NCBI GenBank assembly: GCA_045837725.1
Contig: JBEWZL010000260.1
Coordinates: forward strand, 558,001-622,000
From: Vermamoeba vermiformis
Taxonomy: Eukaryota
Length of the DNA stretch: 64,000 nucleotides
Direction of reading: 5' to 3'
Made by a program: the position numbers and the translations under genes. Numbering within the stretch: the stretch's first letter is position 1; each line of letters starts with the position of its first letter. Positions 22,590-38,841 of this stretch are shown in pieces. Under the pieces are notes generated by a model, which was not told the origin of the DNA, made no database searches, and saw only the letters and a program-made list of their open reading frames with translations.

Positions 22590-25500
22590 ATGGAACACGT
22601 TCCTAACAAACACGCATTTTCAAAAGTCGAAGAGCAAGTCCTGCACTTGTGGGACAAGTTAGATGCCTTTCAGACCTCCATCAAGCGAAGTTTGAAAGAG
22701 TACCAAGAAGGCAAGCGCAAATTATATTCATTTTACGATGGACCACCATTCGCCACTGGCCTACCGCACTACGGTCACATCCTGGCTGGCACGATCAAAG
22801 ATACGGTGACTCGTTACGCGCACATGACAGGCCACTACGTACCACGCCGCTTTGGCTGGGACTGTCACGGTCTGCCCGTGGAGTACGAGATTGATAAGAC
22901 AGAGGGCATTAGAACCAAGCAAGACGTGCTCAATATGGGCATTGATGTCTACAACGAGAAGTGTCGCTCTATTGTCATGCGCTACTCTAAGGAGTGGGAG
23001 AAGGTCGTCAAGCGATTGGGTCGTTGGATTGACTTTGAGCGCGATTACAAAACGATGGATCCGAGTTTCATGGAGAGCGTTTGGCACGTATTCTATAAGC
23101 TCTGGGAAAAGGAGTTGGTGTATCGTGGATTCAAGGTAGGTGTCGTACAGATTAATGCGTAAAATAATTCTACGTAATTTTTGAAATTTTTAAACAATAA
23201 TTTTTTTGATCCGGATCTGCTTTCGCTTTGAGAAATTTAACAGAACCTTAATTTCGATAATATTCCTAGGTAATGCCCTATTCTACTGGATGCACTACGC
23301 CGTTGTCTAATTTTGAGGCCGGTCAAGCCTACAAAGATACGCAAGATCCAGCCAGTAAGTTCTAGAACCCACCTGACCGCTTCTAATATGGCCTTACTAA
23401 TCTCATATCGCTAGTTGTCGTCAGTTTCCCCTTAGTCACCAAGCCCGATGTGTCTATGGTAGCTTGGACCACCACCCCGTGGACCTTGCCCAGCAACTTG
23501 GCGCTGTGCGTGAATCCAACCCTGATCTACGTGACAGTGCTCGACAAGGCCAGTGGTCGCAAATATGTGCTCTGTCAAGACCGCTTGACGCAGCTGTACA
23601 AAGACGAGCGCAAGAAGAAGGACGACGAGACTGTCGTGCCCATGCCCGATGAGACCGCCGAGTACAAGATCTTGGAGCGCGTACCGGGCACAGAGCTGGT
23701 CGGACTGCACTACACGCCCCTATTCGACCACCTCGCCAAACAAGACGCGCACTACCGCGATGTGTGCTACGTGGTGGTGTCCGACAACTTTGTGACGAGT
23801 GACAGCGGCACTGGTGTCGTGCACTGCGCCCCGACCTTTGGCGAGGACGATTACCGCGTGTGCATGGAGAACAAGCTGATCGTGCTAGACACCAAGGGCG
23901 TCAAGTACCTGCCGCAGCCCATCGACGACAACGGCCTGTTCCGCACGGAGGGTCAACTGCCGCAGCTGGATGGCATGTACGTGAAGGACGCGGACAAGAA
24001 GGTGATTGAGCTGTTGAAGCAGAGCGGCAGATTGGTGCAGCGCGGACAGTTGAATCACAGCTATCCGTTCTGCTGGCGCTCTGACACCCCGCTCCTCTAC
24101 CGCGCAGTGCCGAGCTGGTTCGTCAAGGTGACTGCACTCAAGTCGCGGCTGTTGGAGAACAACGAACAGACCTACTGGGTGCCCTCTTTCGTCAAGGAGA
24201 AGCGCTTCCACAACTGGCTGAAAGATGCGCGCGATTGGGCCATCAGTCGCAATCGCTTCTGGGGCACCCCTCTGCCGATCTGGACGAGCGAGGACGGCGA
24301 GGAGATTGTGGTGGTCAGATCGATCAAAGATCTGGAAGAGAGGTCCGGCGTGAGTGGCATCACAGATCTGCACCGCCACTTCATCGACAAGATCACCATC
24401 CCCTCGCAGCAGGGCAAGGGAGTGCTGCGACGCGTGGACGAAGTGTTCGACTGCTGGTTCGAGTCTGGCAGCATGCCCTACGCGCAACAACACTATCCGT
24501 TTGAGAACGACGAGCTGTTCAAGCAAGGATTCCCCGCTGACTTCATCGCAGAGGGCATCGATCAGACGCGCGGCTGGTTCTACACGCTGCTCGTCATCTC
24601 CACGGCCCTGTTCGACACACCGCCCTTCAAGAACTTGATTGTCAACGGTCTCGTGCTCGCAGCTGACGGCAAGAAGATGAGCAAGCGACTCAAGAACTAT
24701 CCAGATCCGCAAGATGTCATCAATCAGTACGGTGCTGATGCGCTGCGCTTGTACTTGATTGACTCGCCTGTCGTGCGCGCTGATTCGCTGCGCTTCGAAG
24801 AGAAGGGCGTGAAAGCGATCATCAACGACGTGTTCAATCGCTGGTTCAACGCCTATCGCTTGTTCGTGCAGAATGTGCTGCGCTTGAAGGGTGGCTTCAA
24901 GTACCAGCCCGAAGTGTTGAGTCAGAGTGCCAATGTGATGGACAAGTGGGTGCTGAGCAGCACGCAGAGCTTGATTCAGTTCGTCTCCGAAGAGATGAAG
25001 TACTATCGCCTCTACACCGTGGTGCCGCGACTCGTCAAGTACGTCAATCAGCTCGCCAATGTCTACGTGCGCTTCAATCGCGATCGATTCAAGGGCAAGC
25101 AAGGCCACGACGAGCAGCACATCGCGCTCAACGTGTTGCTGCAGGTCTTGCTCACGGTGGTGCGCACCATGGCCCCCTTCGCACCGTTCTTCACCGAGTC
25201 CATGTATCAGAACCTCAAGCACCTCTTGCCCGCCGCAGAGCAACAGGAGTCCGTGCACTTCTGCTCCTTCCCGACTGCAGACACCAAGCTCATGGACACC
25301 AAGATTGAGGACTCGGTGCAGCTCATGCTCGACTTGATTGAACTCGTGCGCACCATTCGCGACAAGAAGAAGATTGCCAGCAAGTTCCCCCTCGCCACAC
25401 TGGCCATCATCGGTGACGTCGATGAACAGACCTTCCACAGCTTGGAGCGCTACATCAAGAGCGAGGCCAATGTCAAGGAGATCAAGCTCACCAAGGACAA

Positions 25501-26329
25501 GAGTTCCTACGTGCAGTACACACCCTCGCTCAACTTTGCAGCACTCGGCAAGCGATTGAAGGGTGACATGCCCAAGGTGAAAGAGCTCGTCAGTGCCCTC
25601 ACGCGCGAGCAGATCCAAGACTTCCAGACCACTGGCAGCATGACCCTGCACGGCCACAACTTGACCTTGAACGACATCACCTTCAAGACCAGTTACGGTG
25701 GTGGTGCCGGTGAGGAAGAGGGTCGATGGGAAGCTGCGACCACCAACTCGCTGATCACGAGCACGAGCAGCGGTGAGCTCGAGGGCGAACAGAAGAGCAC
25801 ACTGCCCGATGTGTTGATCGTGCTGGACACACTGCTCACCGAAGAGTTCATTCACGAGGGCATCAGTCGCGAGGTCATGAATCGTGTGCAGCGATTGCGC
25901 AAACAAGCAGAGCTCGAGCCACACGACGAGGCGCAGTTCTTCTACCGCGTGGTGGCTGGCAAGGACAAGGACCAAGTGCTGCCCGCGCTGCTCAAGTACA
26001 CCAAGGACATTGAAGCACACACCAACTCGCGCCTCTACGCGCACACCAAGCAACACCCGCTCAATGTGCGCGTCGTCGAGTCCTCCACCGTGGTGTGGGG
26101 CTCACAATTCGAGCTGTGCATGTGCAGACCTGGCCTCGTGCTCACTGACAAGGCTCGCGCGGCATTTGGCGAAGAGTTTGCCACCAATTTGCAGACCTTG
26201 CTGCTGACACTGAACTACGAGCACAGCAAGAAACAGCTGGTGAGCAGCGGACAATTGACCCTCACTCTCGACAAGCGCACGGTCACTTTGAAGCTCAATG
26301 AAGATGTCACACTGCATCCTCAACCTTAA
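22590..26329 (+). CDS. IARS1: Isoleucyl-tRNA synthetase, cytosolic
   Basis: [56 protein letters not shown]; two introns near the 5' end. Confidence 0.97.
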
Positions 26330-26399
26330 CTTATTGTAAATCACGCGTAGTTGTTCAAACAAGCACAATAAACCTCGTTTAATAACACTATTTATATAT

Positions 26400-27900
26400 C
26401 ACAATTTGATCGTTTTCAGCAGCTGATCTACAGCGGCAAGCTTCTCACACGGTGACAGTTTCTCGAACGGAACTCGATTCGCACGCGAGTGTGGGAAGTG
26501 ACGTCTGCATCAGAGATCAGTGCCATTACCAAAATAGGCAAGTATACTTACACGACTGAGGTGCGTACGATAGCTTTGCTCTTGTGCAAGGTCGATTGGT
26601 ACTGACCAACATCCGTGCGACACTTGATCACGTGGGCTAGAGTGTCCGCGCTCGGAGCTGGTGTCACGTGCTCGATAGACTTTCTATTTTTGGACAAGGG
26701 AGTACGGACCCGCACTTGCGCAGTGTCATCGCGCGGTCGCTTGACACCGACACTGACTTGAGTGCTGACTCGACCCATGCGCGTCACGTGCCAAGCGGGC
26801 TTGACAGACATTGCGCTAATTTATCGGGGTTAATCGGAGGTTGCAAATGACACGTGTCAAACTCTTACTTTTGCAGTGCCTCTTTGAGATCACTGGGCAG
26901 CCAATCCAGTGACAGGCCTTCGTTGTGACATTTGCAGTCCGAGCAGCAGTTTGACACGTGCACTTTGACACTTAGTTTGTCCAAGTCACTCATTGACAGC
27001 AGCTGCCCTTTGACACGTGCTGACTGGCCACTAGCTGCACCGCGTCAGTGGGCCACAGAGTTCAATCAGAGGCACATTACCTAACTTGGTAGCTCGTTCA
27101 TGAATGAGACTGTCGTACATCTGTTTGTACCCTTCTTTTTCCTTATTTGGATCGTTCAATCTTTGCAGCATTTCTGTTGGCAGTGAGTACAGTGCTCTAT
27201 ATTTAGCATGGTCTTACTTTGCTTCAATTCTTCCACGAGCACTTCCTCGATCACCAGTTGACACGTGTCATCAAGTGTCAATCGCTCAACTGCCGCGAGG
27301 GCACGTGATTTGACTCCTTGCATTTGGTTCAGCAGCGCAGACCACTGCTGTTCAATGGTGTTGATTCTGATTTTCAGTGAACGCGGTACAGCAGCGAGGG
27401 ATGGCCCTGGCGAGTACTGCAGCGCTAAAAATAGCTCAAAGGGGTGTTTGTAGGGCACCTCTGAGAGCAGCAACAACTCGAGACCTACCGCAGTAGTGTT
27501 ACCATCGCGTGCTAGTGAAACAGTACTGTTACCTGGCAGCAGATTGAGTAGTCTCTTCAGCGTACTGGCTTCAATTTGATTGCCGCGCAGATCTAGCTTG
27601 CGCAGCGTTTTGGACTCGGAGAACAGATCAACACTGCGCCAGTCTAAACTAGTTAGCAGTCTACGCAATGAAGTGGCTTACTGTAGTCGCGCAAGTCCAG
27701 GCTCATTAAATTCGGCAGCACACTCAGCAGATCCCCTTGCAAGACAGCGTGTGAGTACGCATCTGGCGCAACACCTAGCTTGTTTGCAACATTGGAGCGC
27801 GATAAATCGAGTATTTGTATCGTGCGGATGTCTATATGAGGTCCTACAACCTTCTGAACAACTTGTTGGTCGAGAGCTGGACCTGTCGATCTGCTACGAA
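26400..27900 (-). CDS. Leucine-rich-repeat-containing protein (boundaries approximate)
   Basis: Exon fragments IQILDLSRSNV and LRKLDLRGNQI, plus coiled-coil segments and several short introns; start and stop not resolved. Confidence 0.35.
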
Positions 27901-28111
27901 TTTTCCTCCTTTCCTACGCATGAATTTGACTCGTTATAATTTATATATTGTATGCATAATATAATATATTTGACCATTGAATACGTACTGACATATTAAT
28001 ATTCTTTCAGAACGGGAATGCAAGTTTGAGCTAAGGAACTCGTTTATAAACAAATACAACACATTTATAATATCACAAATATAACAACAAGTTAATAGGC
28101 AGCACTATAGT

Positions 28112-28643
28112 CTATTTGAACTTGTGTTGTGTTCGGTTCATGTAGTTCTGCACTAACTGATGCTGTTTGGAGCGCAGAGCACGCAACGCAAAGCTCGACT
28201 GCATGTGCTTGAATACGAACAGCGAGCCCATTGCAGCTGAATAGGACACTGTATTAGTAGGGGAGGGGCGTGGTGATAACGTGATTTAAGTTAAAGGTTC
28301 CGTGGAGTCAATCTCGCGTTTTGAGTTAATAAAAATAAAATTCCTTTGCCATGAGAGCATCTTCATTAATTTTGTGTATTTGATATCGATATTAACTGCA
28401 TCGACCGTTGAATAAAAATAAAAATTAATTACGAAAATAATTTAAAATAGAATTCAAGCGAGATATGAATTAAAGCTCCAAATTAGTCGAAATAACAATC
28501 TATGCTGCTATTAATTATTATTAATTACCATAAACCGATGTAAAGCCTAAATAGACAAGTCTAACTGGATTTTCCTCAACTTCCTTCAAAATTCCTCCGA
28601 GAAAGCTGTCATTCGCTGGGGCTTCTTCCTTATTATCAGCCAT
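28112..28643 (-). CDS. Small hypothetical membrane protein (~80 aa)
   Basis: Two exons, MADNKEEAPANDSFLGGILKEVEENPVRLVYLGFTSVY / SYSAAMGSLFVFKHMQ...HKFK*, separated by an AT-rich intron. Confidence 0.45.
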
Positions 28644-28896
28644 TGCTTAGTGTGCTACGTTACTGCTTGAAATTAAATTAATTTGCAATTTGGACAACAC
28701 AAAATATCTTTAACGGCAAGATCCGGTCAAATTTGGGTCAAACACAAAGCAACACCACAACGACCAAGCTTTTGATTTCGGTGCTAATGGGCCACATAAC
28801 TCAGTTAACTAATGTTGGAGGTAAAAAGACAAAATGTTTATTTTTGAGGTTTTAAAGTGGATCTCTCTTGTGGAGTCCTCGTTACAATTTGATTTC

Positions 28897-30949
28897 TTAG
28901 AGGCTAGCCTTCAAGACCTTCATATCATCTTCAATCTCAGCGGTGAGTTGTTGATAGGTCTTATCGAAAGAGGACATGTCACTCAAGGCAATCTTGTCCT
29001 TGCGCTGCTTGATCTTCTTGGTGCAGGTCTCTTTTTGACGACGTCTGCGCTCACGCTCTTTGTGCTCGACATTGCGAATGTGCGCGGCCAAGCCCTCAGA
29101 GAGCTCATCGAGCTGTGCCAAGAGGTTGTTGACGGAGTTGTCGTGCGCAGTCAAGCCGACCTCAGCGCGTTGAGCAGTGCTGTCCCACTTGTTCCAGTCA
29201 TTGCGCTCGTTGCTGATGAAGCTGCTGAATGTCTTGTCGAGGGCGAGGAGTTCAGCTTGACGCTCCTTGTTGATCTTCAAGTACTCGGTCAACAGGGTCT
29301 TGATGCGCTGGGCCTTCTCTTCGAGCTCAGCTTGCGAGACGGGCTTGATGGGCAGTTCAAAGCGGTTGTAGGCAATGAACACGAGCAACAGTGCCATGTA
29401 GCCTGCAATCAACAAGAGAGGTTCGCGCCACAGAGTGCCGCTGGGGAAGTGATAGCTGACTTGGAAGTGTTGACGGTGCTCGTGGACCACGTTGTACTTC
29501 TCGAGCACAACGACAGGTCTGCCAGTGGTGTCGAGGTAGGTCTTGACCACATCGCGGCCTTGCTTGTCGAAAGAGAAGGGCAAGTGCAAGCTGATCTGCG
29601 AGGCACCTTCGGGCAAAGTGACGCGAATGACGAGGTGTTCAATGACGAGGTCTTGCTTGTAGTCCTCAATCACGCTCATGTTCAACACGTGCAATGAGCT
29701 GTCCTTCACTGCGCGCGACAAGAAAGGAGCGGTGGGCAAGCTGTAGCCATAAGTGTACTCGGTCTTCCAGCCACCGAACAACGGGAATCTGGGCTGCAGT
29801 TCGAGGGAGTAGCCGCGCTCCGAGGCCTTCTCTTGCAAGAATGAAGTGCTGATGTTGCCGATCTCATCGCGATAATAGGCGTCCTTGAGCACAGTCTCGC
29901 GAGGCAAATAGAGATCAATGGACTTGACGCTGCCGACACCAGAGAGCGGGTTCATTTGATAGTCGAAGCGAGAGAACGAGTTCTTCAATGCCGCACCGCG
30001 GTGTTCAGCGACAGTGCGCTCTTCAACGGCGATGTTGCCCCAGTGCGAGACTTCAATGTCGCGCTCAACACGTGCCAACACCAAGAATGCAGCGGTGTTC
30101 TCAAAGTGCAAGCGAAGAGGAGCGGAGGCTGAGAGGGGCTGTTGCTGCGTGTAGGGGCCGAGAGTGACTTGCGAGCCCTTGACAGTCGCGCTGTACTTGT
30201 CGTGCTGCGAGTACGAGTGCACGACAGAGCTGGGCAACTTGACCGTGGTGGTGACGGACTTGACGGTGTAGGGCGAGGGCACTGAGTGACCTGCGTGGTC
30301 TTCGAAGGTGACTGACTGCTTCTCACCTTGATTGATCTTGGTCGGGAAGGGTGTCATCACGCGAGTGAAGATCTGCTTCAACACCACAACCACTTTAGCA
30401 TCTGCTGCCAGGTCTTGGGCCAAATTCACTTGGTATTCCACGAAGCTAATCACAACAAATTTAATATTGAGTTATTCAATAAATCAACATCACTGGCGGT
30501 AGTCAAACTAATTGAAAAAAATATCAAGAAAAAGTTTTCAATTAGCCTAATATTGCTTCAAAAAAAATATTGGATAATAATAACAACGTGTTTTGAATTG
30601 ATTACGTAATATTATAAAATGCATAAAGCAAAACAAAACAAACTTACTTCAATCCGTTAGATTTAACCACGTCACCACGAGTTAATCCTAAATTAGCACC
30701 ATTCTCTGTTGAAGCGGAGATATGAGCCAATTTTTTCGCTTGGTTCTCTTCCACCAAGACGAAGAAGTGCTTGGCAGATTGTTTGCCTTGATTCGCCACA
30801 GTGAACTTGGTAGTGTAGCGGGCCAATTGACTAGTCAAATCAATTGTTCTTTCAGCATTATCTACGACAATTCCGTCGTATTTTTGAGCTTGAATGCCAC
30901 TTAATAACAAAATAGAGGCAACAAGCAGAAAGCTGATGGTGTGCCTCAT
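28897..30949 (-). CDS. RPN1: Ribophorin I (oligosaccharyltransferase subunit Ost1)
   Basis: Signal peptide; ERTIDL; IEVSHWGNIAVEE; FSRFDYQ; YYRDEIGNISTS; PRFPLFGGWK; TYLDTTGRPVV; TM after WREPLLL. Confidence 0.96.
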
Positions 30950-31195
30950 TATTTTTGAGCTAATTCCTTCTTAAAAGTAATAGGATCTATTAAATAAGGA
31001 AGGAAATTAATAAAATAAATATAGGCCTCTTTGTTTGATGGCTCAAAAAAAAAAAACAAACACCTCGCCTCAAATAAAATATCTTGTTCTGCGGGTCAAC
31101 GTCTGGTCAAACTTGCCCTGATCAACTGCAAGACGCTTTGTTTGGCTTTGTAAAGAAATATTTTTGCTTGTAAATTAACTACTGTCACATGACAA

Positions 31196-34690
<3,495 letters not shown>

Positions 34691-34893
34691 ACCACTAACT
34701 CTTTTCGTGTACTGGCGTCCTTGTTTATCGACAGGCCAACGATTGCCTCCCAAGTTGGAATAATTTGGGGAGTCAATTCACTGAATAGTTTGACTTTTTA
34801 TGACCGCGATGGCTGAAACGTGGAAAAATATCACGAACACGCAAAACTGTTCATCGTTCTTTTTTTTGTCTAGTCACTCATAAAACACCAACC

Positions 34894-36898
34894 ATGGCGT
34901 CAAAAGCGGGAGGAAGTAAGTTGGCGCTATGTTTGTGGTAATTATTGCATCTGAACTAATGAAATTTTTTAGTTCGATTTTTGAGCTTAATTAAGCCTTT
35001 TATGGCCATTGTTCCTGAAGTGCAGCAACCTGAAAAGAAGGTAATAAATACAATTAATATACGCAGCGAATAGATATTTACTTTACGCCGATCAGGTTCC
35101 CTTCAGAGAGAAAATGTTATGGACTGCCATCACTTTATTTATTTTCTTAGTTTGCTCTCAAATTCCTTTGTACGGTATTAGATCTACTAATTCTTCTGAT
35201 CCGTTCTACTGGATGAGAGTTATTTTGGCCAGTAACAGAGGTACTCTGATGGAACTCGGCATCAGCCCTATCGTTACTTCCGGTCTTGTTATGCAATTAC
35301 TTGCTGGCTCTAAAATCATTGAAGTCGATCAATCAAACAAGGAAGATAGAGCCTTATTTTCTGGCGCTCAAAAACGTAAGTAAAATTTTTGTTTTACAGA
35401 TTGAAAATTTTTAAATTTGCTGATTCACTCTCTATAAATTTATTGCATCTTCTACCGGTATTGTATATCTACATACACATTGAACTTTGCTATTTTTCTT
35501 ATTTCTGCATTTTTCTGTAATTTTGTATTTGACATCCACGTTTCCATTTTCTAACTCTCCTCTAGTTCTTGGTATGATCATCACTATTGGTCAAGGCAGT
35601 GCTTACGTATTGTCTGGCATGTACGGTGACATTAGCGAGCTCGGTCTTGGCACTGGTTTCATGATTGTCTTCCAACTCTTCGTTGCTGGCATTCTCGTCG
35701 TTTTGTTGGTACGTACTCGTTAATATTGTGGCTTCATTAATGCTGTCACGCACTTGAGCATCTCTCAATTAACTAATGTGCTGCTACAGGACGAGTTGTT
35801 GCAAAAGGGTTACGGTCTCGGCAGCGCTATCTCCTTGTTCATTGCCACCAACATTTGCGAGACCATTGTGTGGAAGTCATTCAGCCCTACCACCATCGGC
35901 ACTGCTAGCGGCATGCAATTCGAGGGTGCTGTCATTGCGCTCTTCCACTTGCTCGTCACCAAGTCTGACAAGTCCAAGGCTTTGCGCGAGGCTCTCTACA
36001 GACCCAACTTGCCCAACATCACCAACCTCTTGGCCACTGCTATTGTCTTCGTCGCTGTCGTCTTCTTGCAAGGCTTCCGTGTCGACATTCCCGTGCAACA
36101 CGAGAAGCAACGCGGTCAACGTGGCAGCTACCCCATCAAGTTGTTCTACACCAGCAACATTCCCATCATCTTGCAATCCGCTCTCGTCTCCAACTTGTAC
36201 TTCATCTCGCAACTCTTGTACAAGAGGTTCCCCACCAACTTCCTCATCAACCTCTTGGGTGCTTGGCGTGAGGTTGAAGGTCCCTATGCTGGTCAAGCTA
36301 TCCCTGTCGGTGGATTGGCTTACTACGTCTCTCCTCCTGGCTCTTTGCAAGAAGTGTTGTTGGATCCCTTCCACACCATCTTCTACTTGACCTTCGTCTT
36401 GGCTACTTGCGCCTTGTTCTCCAAGACTTGGATCGATGTCTCTGGCTCCAGCCCCTCTGATGTTGCCAAGCAACTCCGCGACCAACAAATGATTCAACCT
36501 GGTATGTACTTGACTGGCCCGCAACTTGTCACACGCGTCAATGCATTGTCACTTTGGCAGCGAGCAGTTGTCCCTCGTTCTGAGGCTCAACTCTCTGTAC
36601 TCGTTCGCCCATTCTCAATGCTATATACTATTATTATTAGCTGCAATCCTCGCGAATCTTTGCTAATATCGTCCCTCAAATAGGTTTCCGTCCCGAATCC
36701 ATGGAGCGTCAATTGCGTCGTTACATCCCCACCGCTGCCGCCTTTGGTGGTCTGTGCATTGGTGCTTTGTCTGTCTTCGCTGACTTTATGGGCGCTATTG
36801 GATCTGGCACTGGTATCTTGTTGGCTGTGACCACAATCTACCAATACTTCGAAGTGTTCGCCAAAGAGAGCGCTAGCACTGGTTTCAGTCTTTTCTAA
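34894..36898 (+). CDS. SEC61A: Protein transport protein Sec61 alpha
   Basis: [66 protein letters not shown]. Confidence 0.97.
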
Positions 36899-37013
36899 GT
36901 GACCCCTTTTAGTACTATTAATCCCGAATATAAAATATAATTACCCTGTTAACTTTCAATAAAACAAGCAGATCTGACTCTGTACAATTACCAATACAGT
37001 TGGTTGTTTATTG

Positions 37014-38466
37014 TTACGGCAGATTGATCTTGTCGACACAGTGGTAGTATCTGTTTGCATCGTATCTGCCGCGCTCACTGAGATGAAGAGCATCAATCTT
37101 GTGCTGGCCCAGTGACACCTGGCCGTACTGTGCTAAGATCGGACGTGCATCGAATGGTTTGCGAGCAGGGGTCTCGTCGTCATCTTCAGTAGTCTCTTTG
37201 CGATAGCGCGAGTTACACAGCGTGGCGTGGAGCTGCAGATCTAGATCAGCACACAACTCACGCGCTACGAACACTCACCTTGAGCTCTTTGCCTGGTTCA
37301 CTGTTCAGTCCTGCAGCGGCAAAGGACTCGGCGAGGAATTCTGCAGCGGTGAGTTAAGGGACAATAAGTACTATTGAGTAACACGTGTATATCATTCATG
37401 AATGTAAGGAGGATACTGCACAGCTTGGTCAGTCTATCAGTGGTGTTCGTGTCCTTCACTGCGGGAGTTATTAGTCTAATGTTCAACAATAGGACCGCAA
37501 CAAACCTTTCAAATAGAGCACATCAGCGCGCGAGGCATCCTCGGTCATCACGTCCAGTTCACCCACTTGCAGCACGAGCGAGCGAGTCTCGAGTATGTCG
37601 TACACTTGCGCGGAGATCTTCTTCATCAATGCTTTGGCGCGCTCAATCTAATGGCACAACTACAGTGTCAGTGATTCGCATGCAACGCGTCAGTTACGCA
37701 CCTCATCGCGCGAGAAGAGTTTGAGCATGAGCAGTGTGACGTGCATCGTGTCAGGACTGCCGAACAGCGAGGCCTCGACACCCTCTGCAGGCGTGGTGTC
37801 GCAGAACTGTTTGATCATCTCGCTGCGCACACCGCTCAACTTGGTCTTGAACTGCTCGCTGGTGAGGGGCAGTGACAAGAAGTGCGAATAGGGCAGTGAC
37901 TTGTGCGCTGCATCGCGTACGATGTCGAGTCTGGTGCGCGCATTGAGCACGGCAGTCTCATTAGGACCGCGTATAATCACTTCTTCCGATCCACTGTCAG
38001 CATTGGGTATGATAATGGTCGCCCCTGTTTCTTTTTGAATTTTCTAGCATGACATTAGAGCTAATGAGGTGAATGAGCGCAGGGCAAACGCACCTGTTTG
38101 GTAGCTCCTTTCTTGCCAATCAAAAATTTGTAATAAATGCTCGAGATATTAACTTTTGTAACAAAATTTCCATTGTCTAGCGTTATCGTGCAATCTATTT
38201 CATCGTTGTCATTGGAAGCTGGCGAAAAAATTCAGAATTAATTTTGCTATTTTGATTATGGGTGTGGGTTATTAATAATCGCTAAAATGCACTGTAACAA
38301 TAAATTTAAAATTATTTTTCATACTCTGGGCTGTAGCCTTGGTTGACTTCTTGTTTGTGTCAGTCGGTACAGACTTGGCCACGGCTCTAGGCAATGCCTT
38401 GGGCTTTCTAAACGGCAGTCCTTTCACTTGTATGATTTCAATGTCATCCTCGCCTGGTGCATCCAT
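37014..38466 (-). CDS. ASCC1: ASCC1-like (KH domain + 2H phosphodiesterase)
   Basis: KH motif FLIGKKGATK; YSHFLSLPL; HxT motifs MHVTLLMLKL and LHATLCNSRYR; FDARPIL. Confidence 0.85.
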
Positions 38467-38841
38467 TGTTCGGTTGTGCAAATAATAATTTGGTCGTTCG
38501 ATCGGTTCTCAGAAATTCGGATCGACCAAACTATCGACCACAAACACAACCAAGTTCCAATAACTTAATTACAAAGCATGGTTTATTGTAGTAGCGCTTG
38601 ATTTACAGTCATTTCCCTTTGGGTAAGCGAGATAGCGAAGTGAAGTTCAAATTGCGTGTTGATCTTCATTTGCGTGCCTACAAATTAATCTAATATTATT
38701 TTATTATATAGTTCGTAATTAGGTTCATTTTACAGAAGATCTATGATTGCTAACCAGGTCTGCGCATAAAATTAATTTTCTTGATAATTTAGCCTAACTC
38801 ACGCTTATTGCCACAAGGCAACAACACAGAGCGTTACGTCC

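Noticed and set aside
23885-26056. 723-aa ORF on the minus strand
   Set aside because: Antisense shadow of the GC3-biased IleRS exon; no recognisable motifs.
28834-29697. 287-aa plus-strand ORF (likewise 5449-6348 and 35877-36524)
   Set aside because: Antisense shadows of ribophorin I, CASP and Sec61 respectively.
36502-36682. Unusually long late Sec61 intron as a possible snoRNA host
   Set aside because: No convincing C/D or H/ACA box arrangement seen; an Infernal/Rfam scan would be needed.
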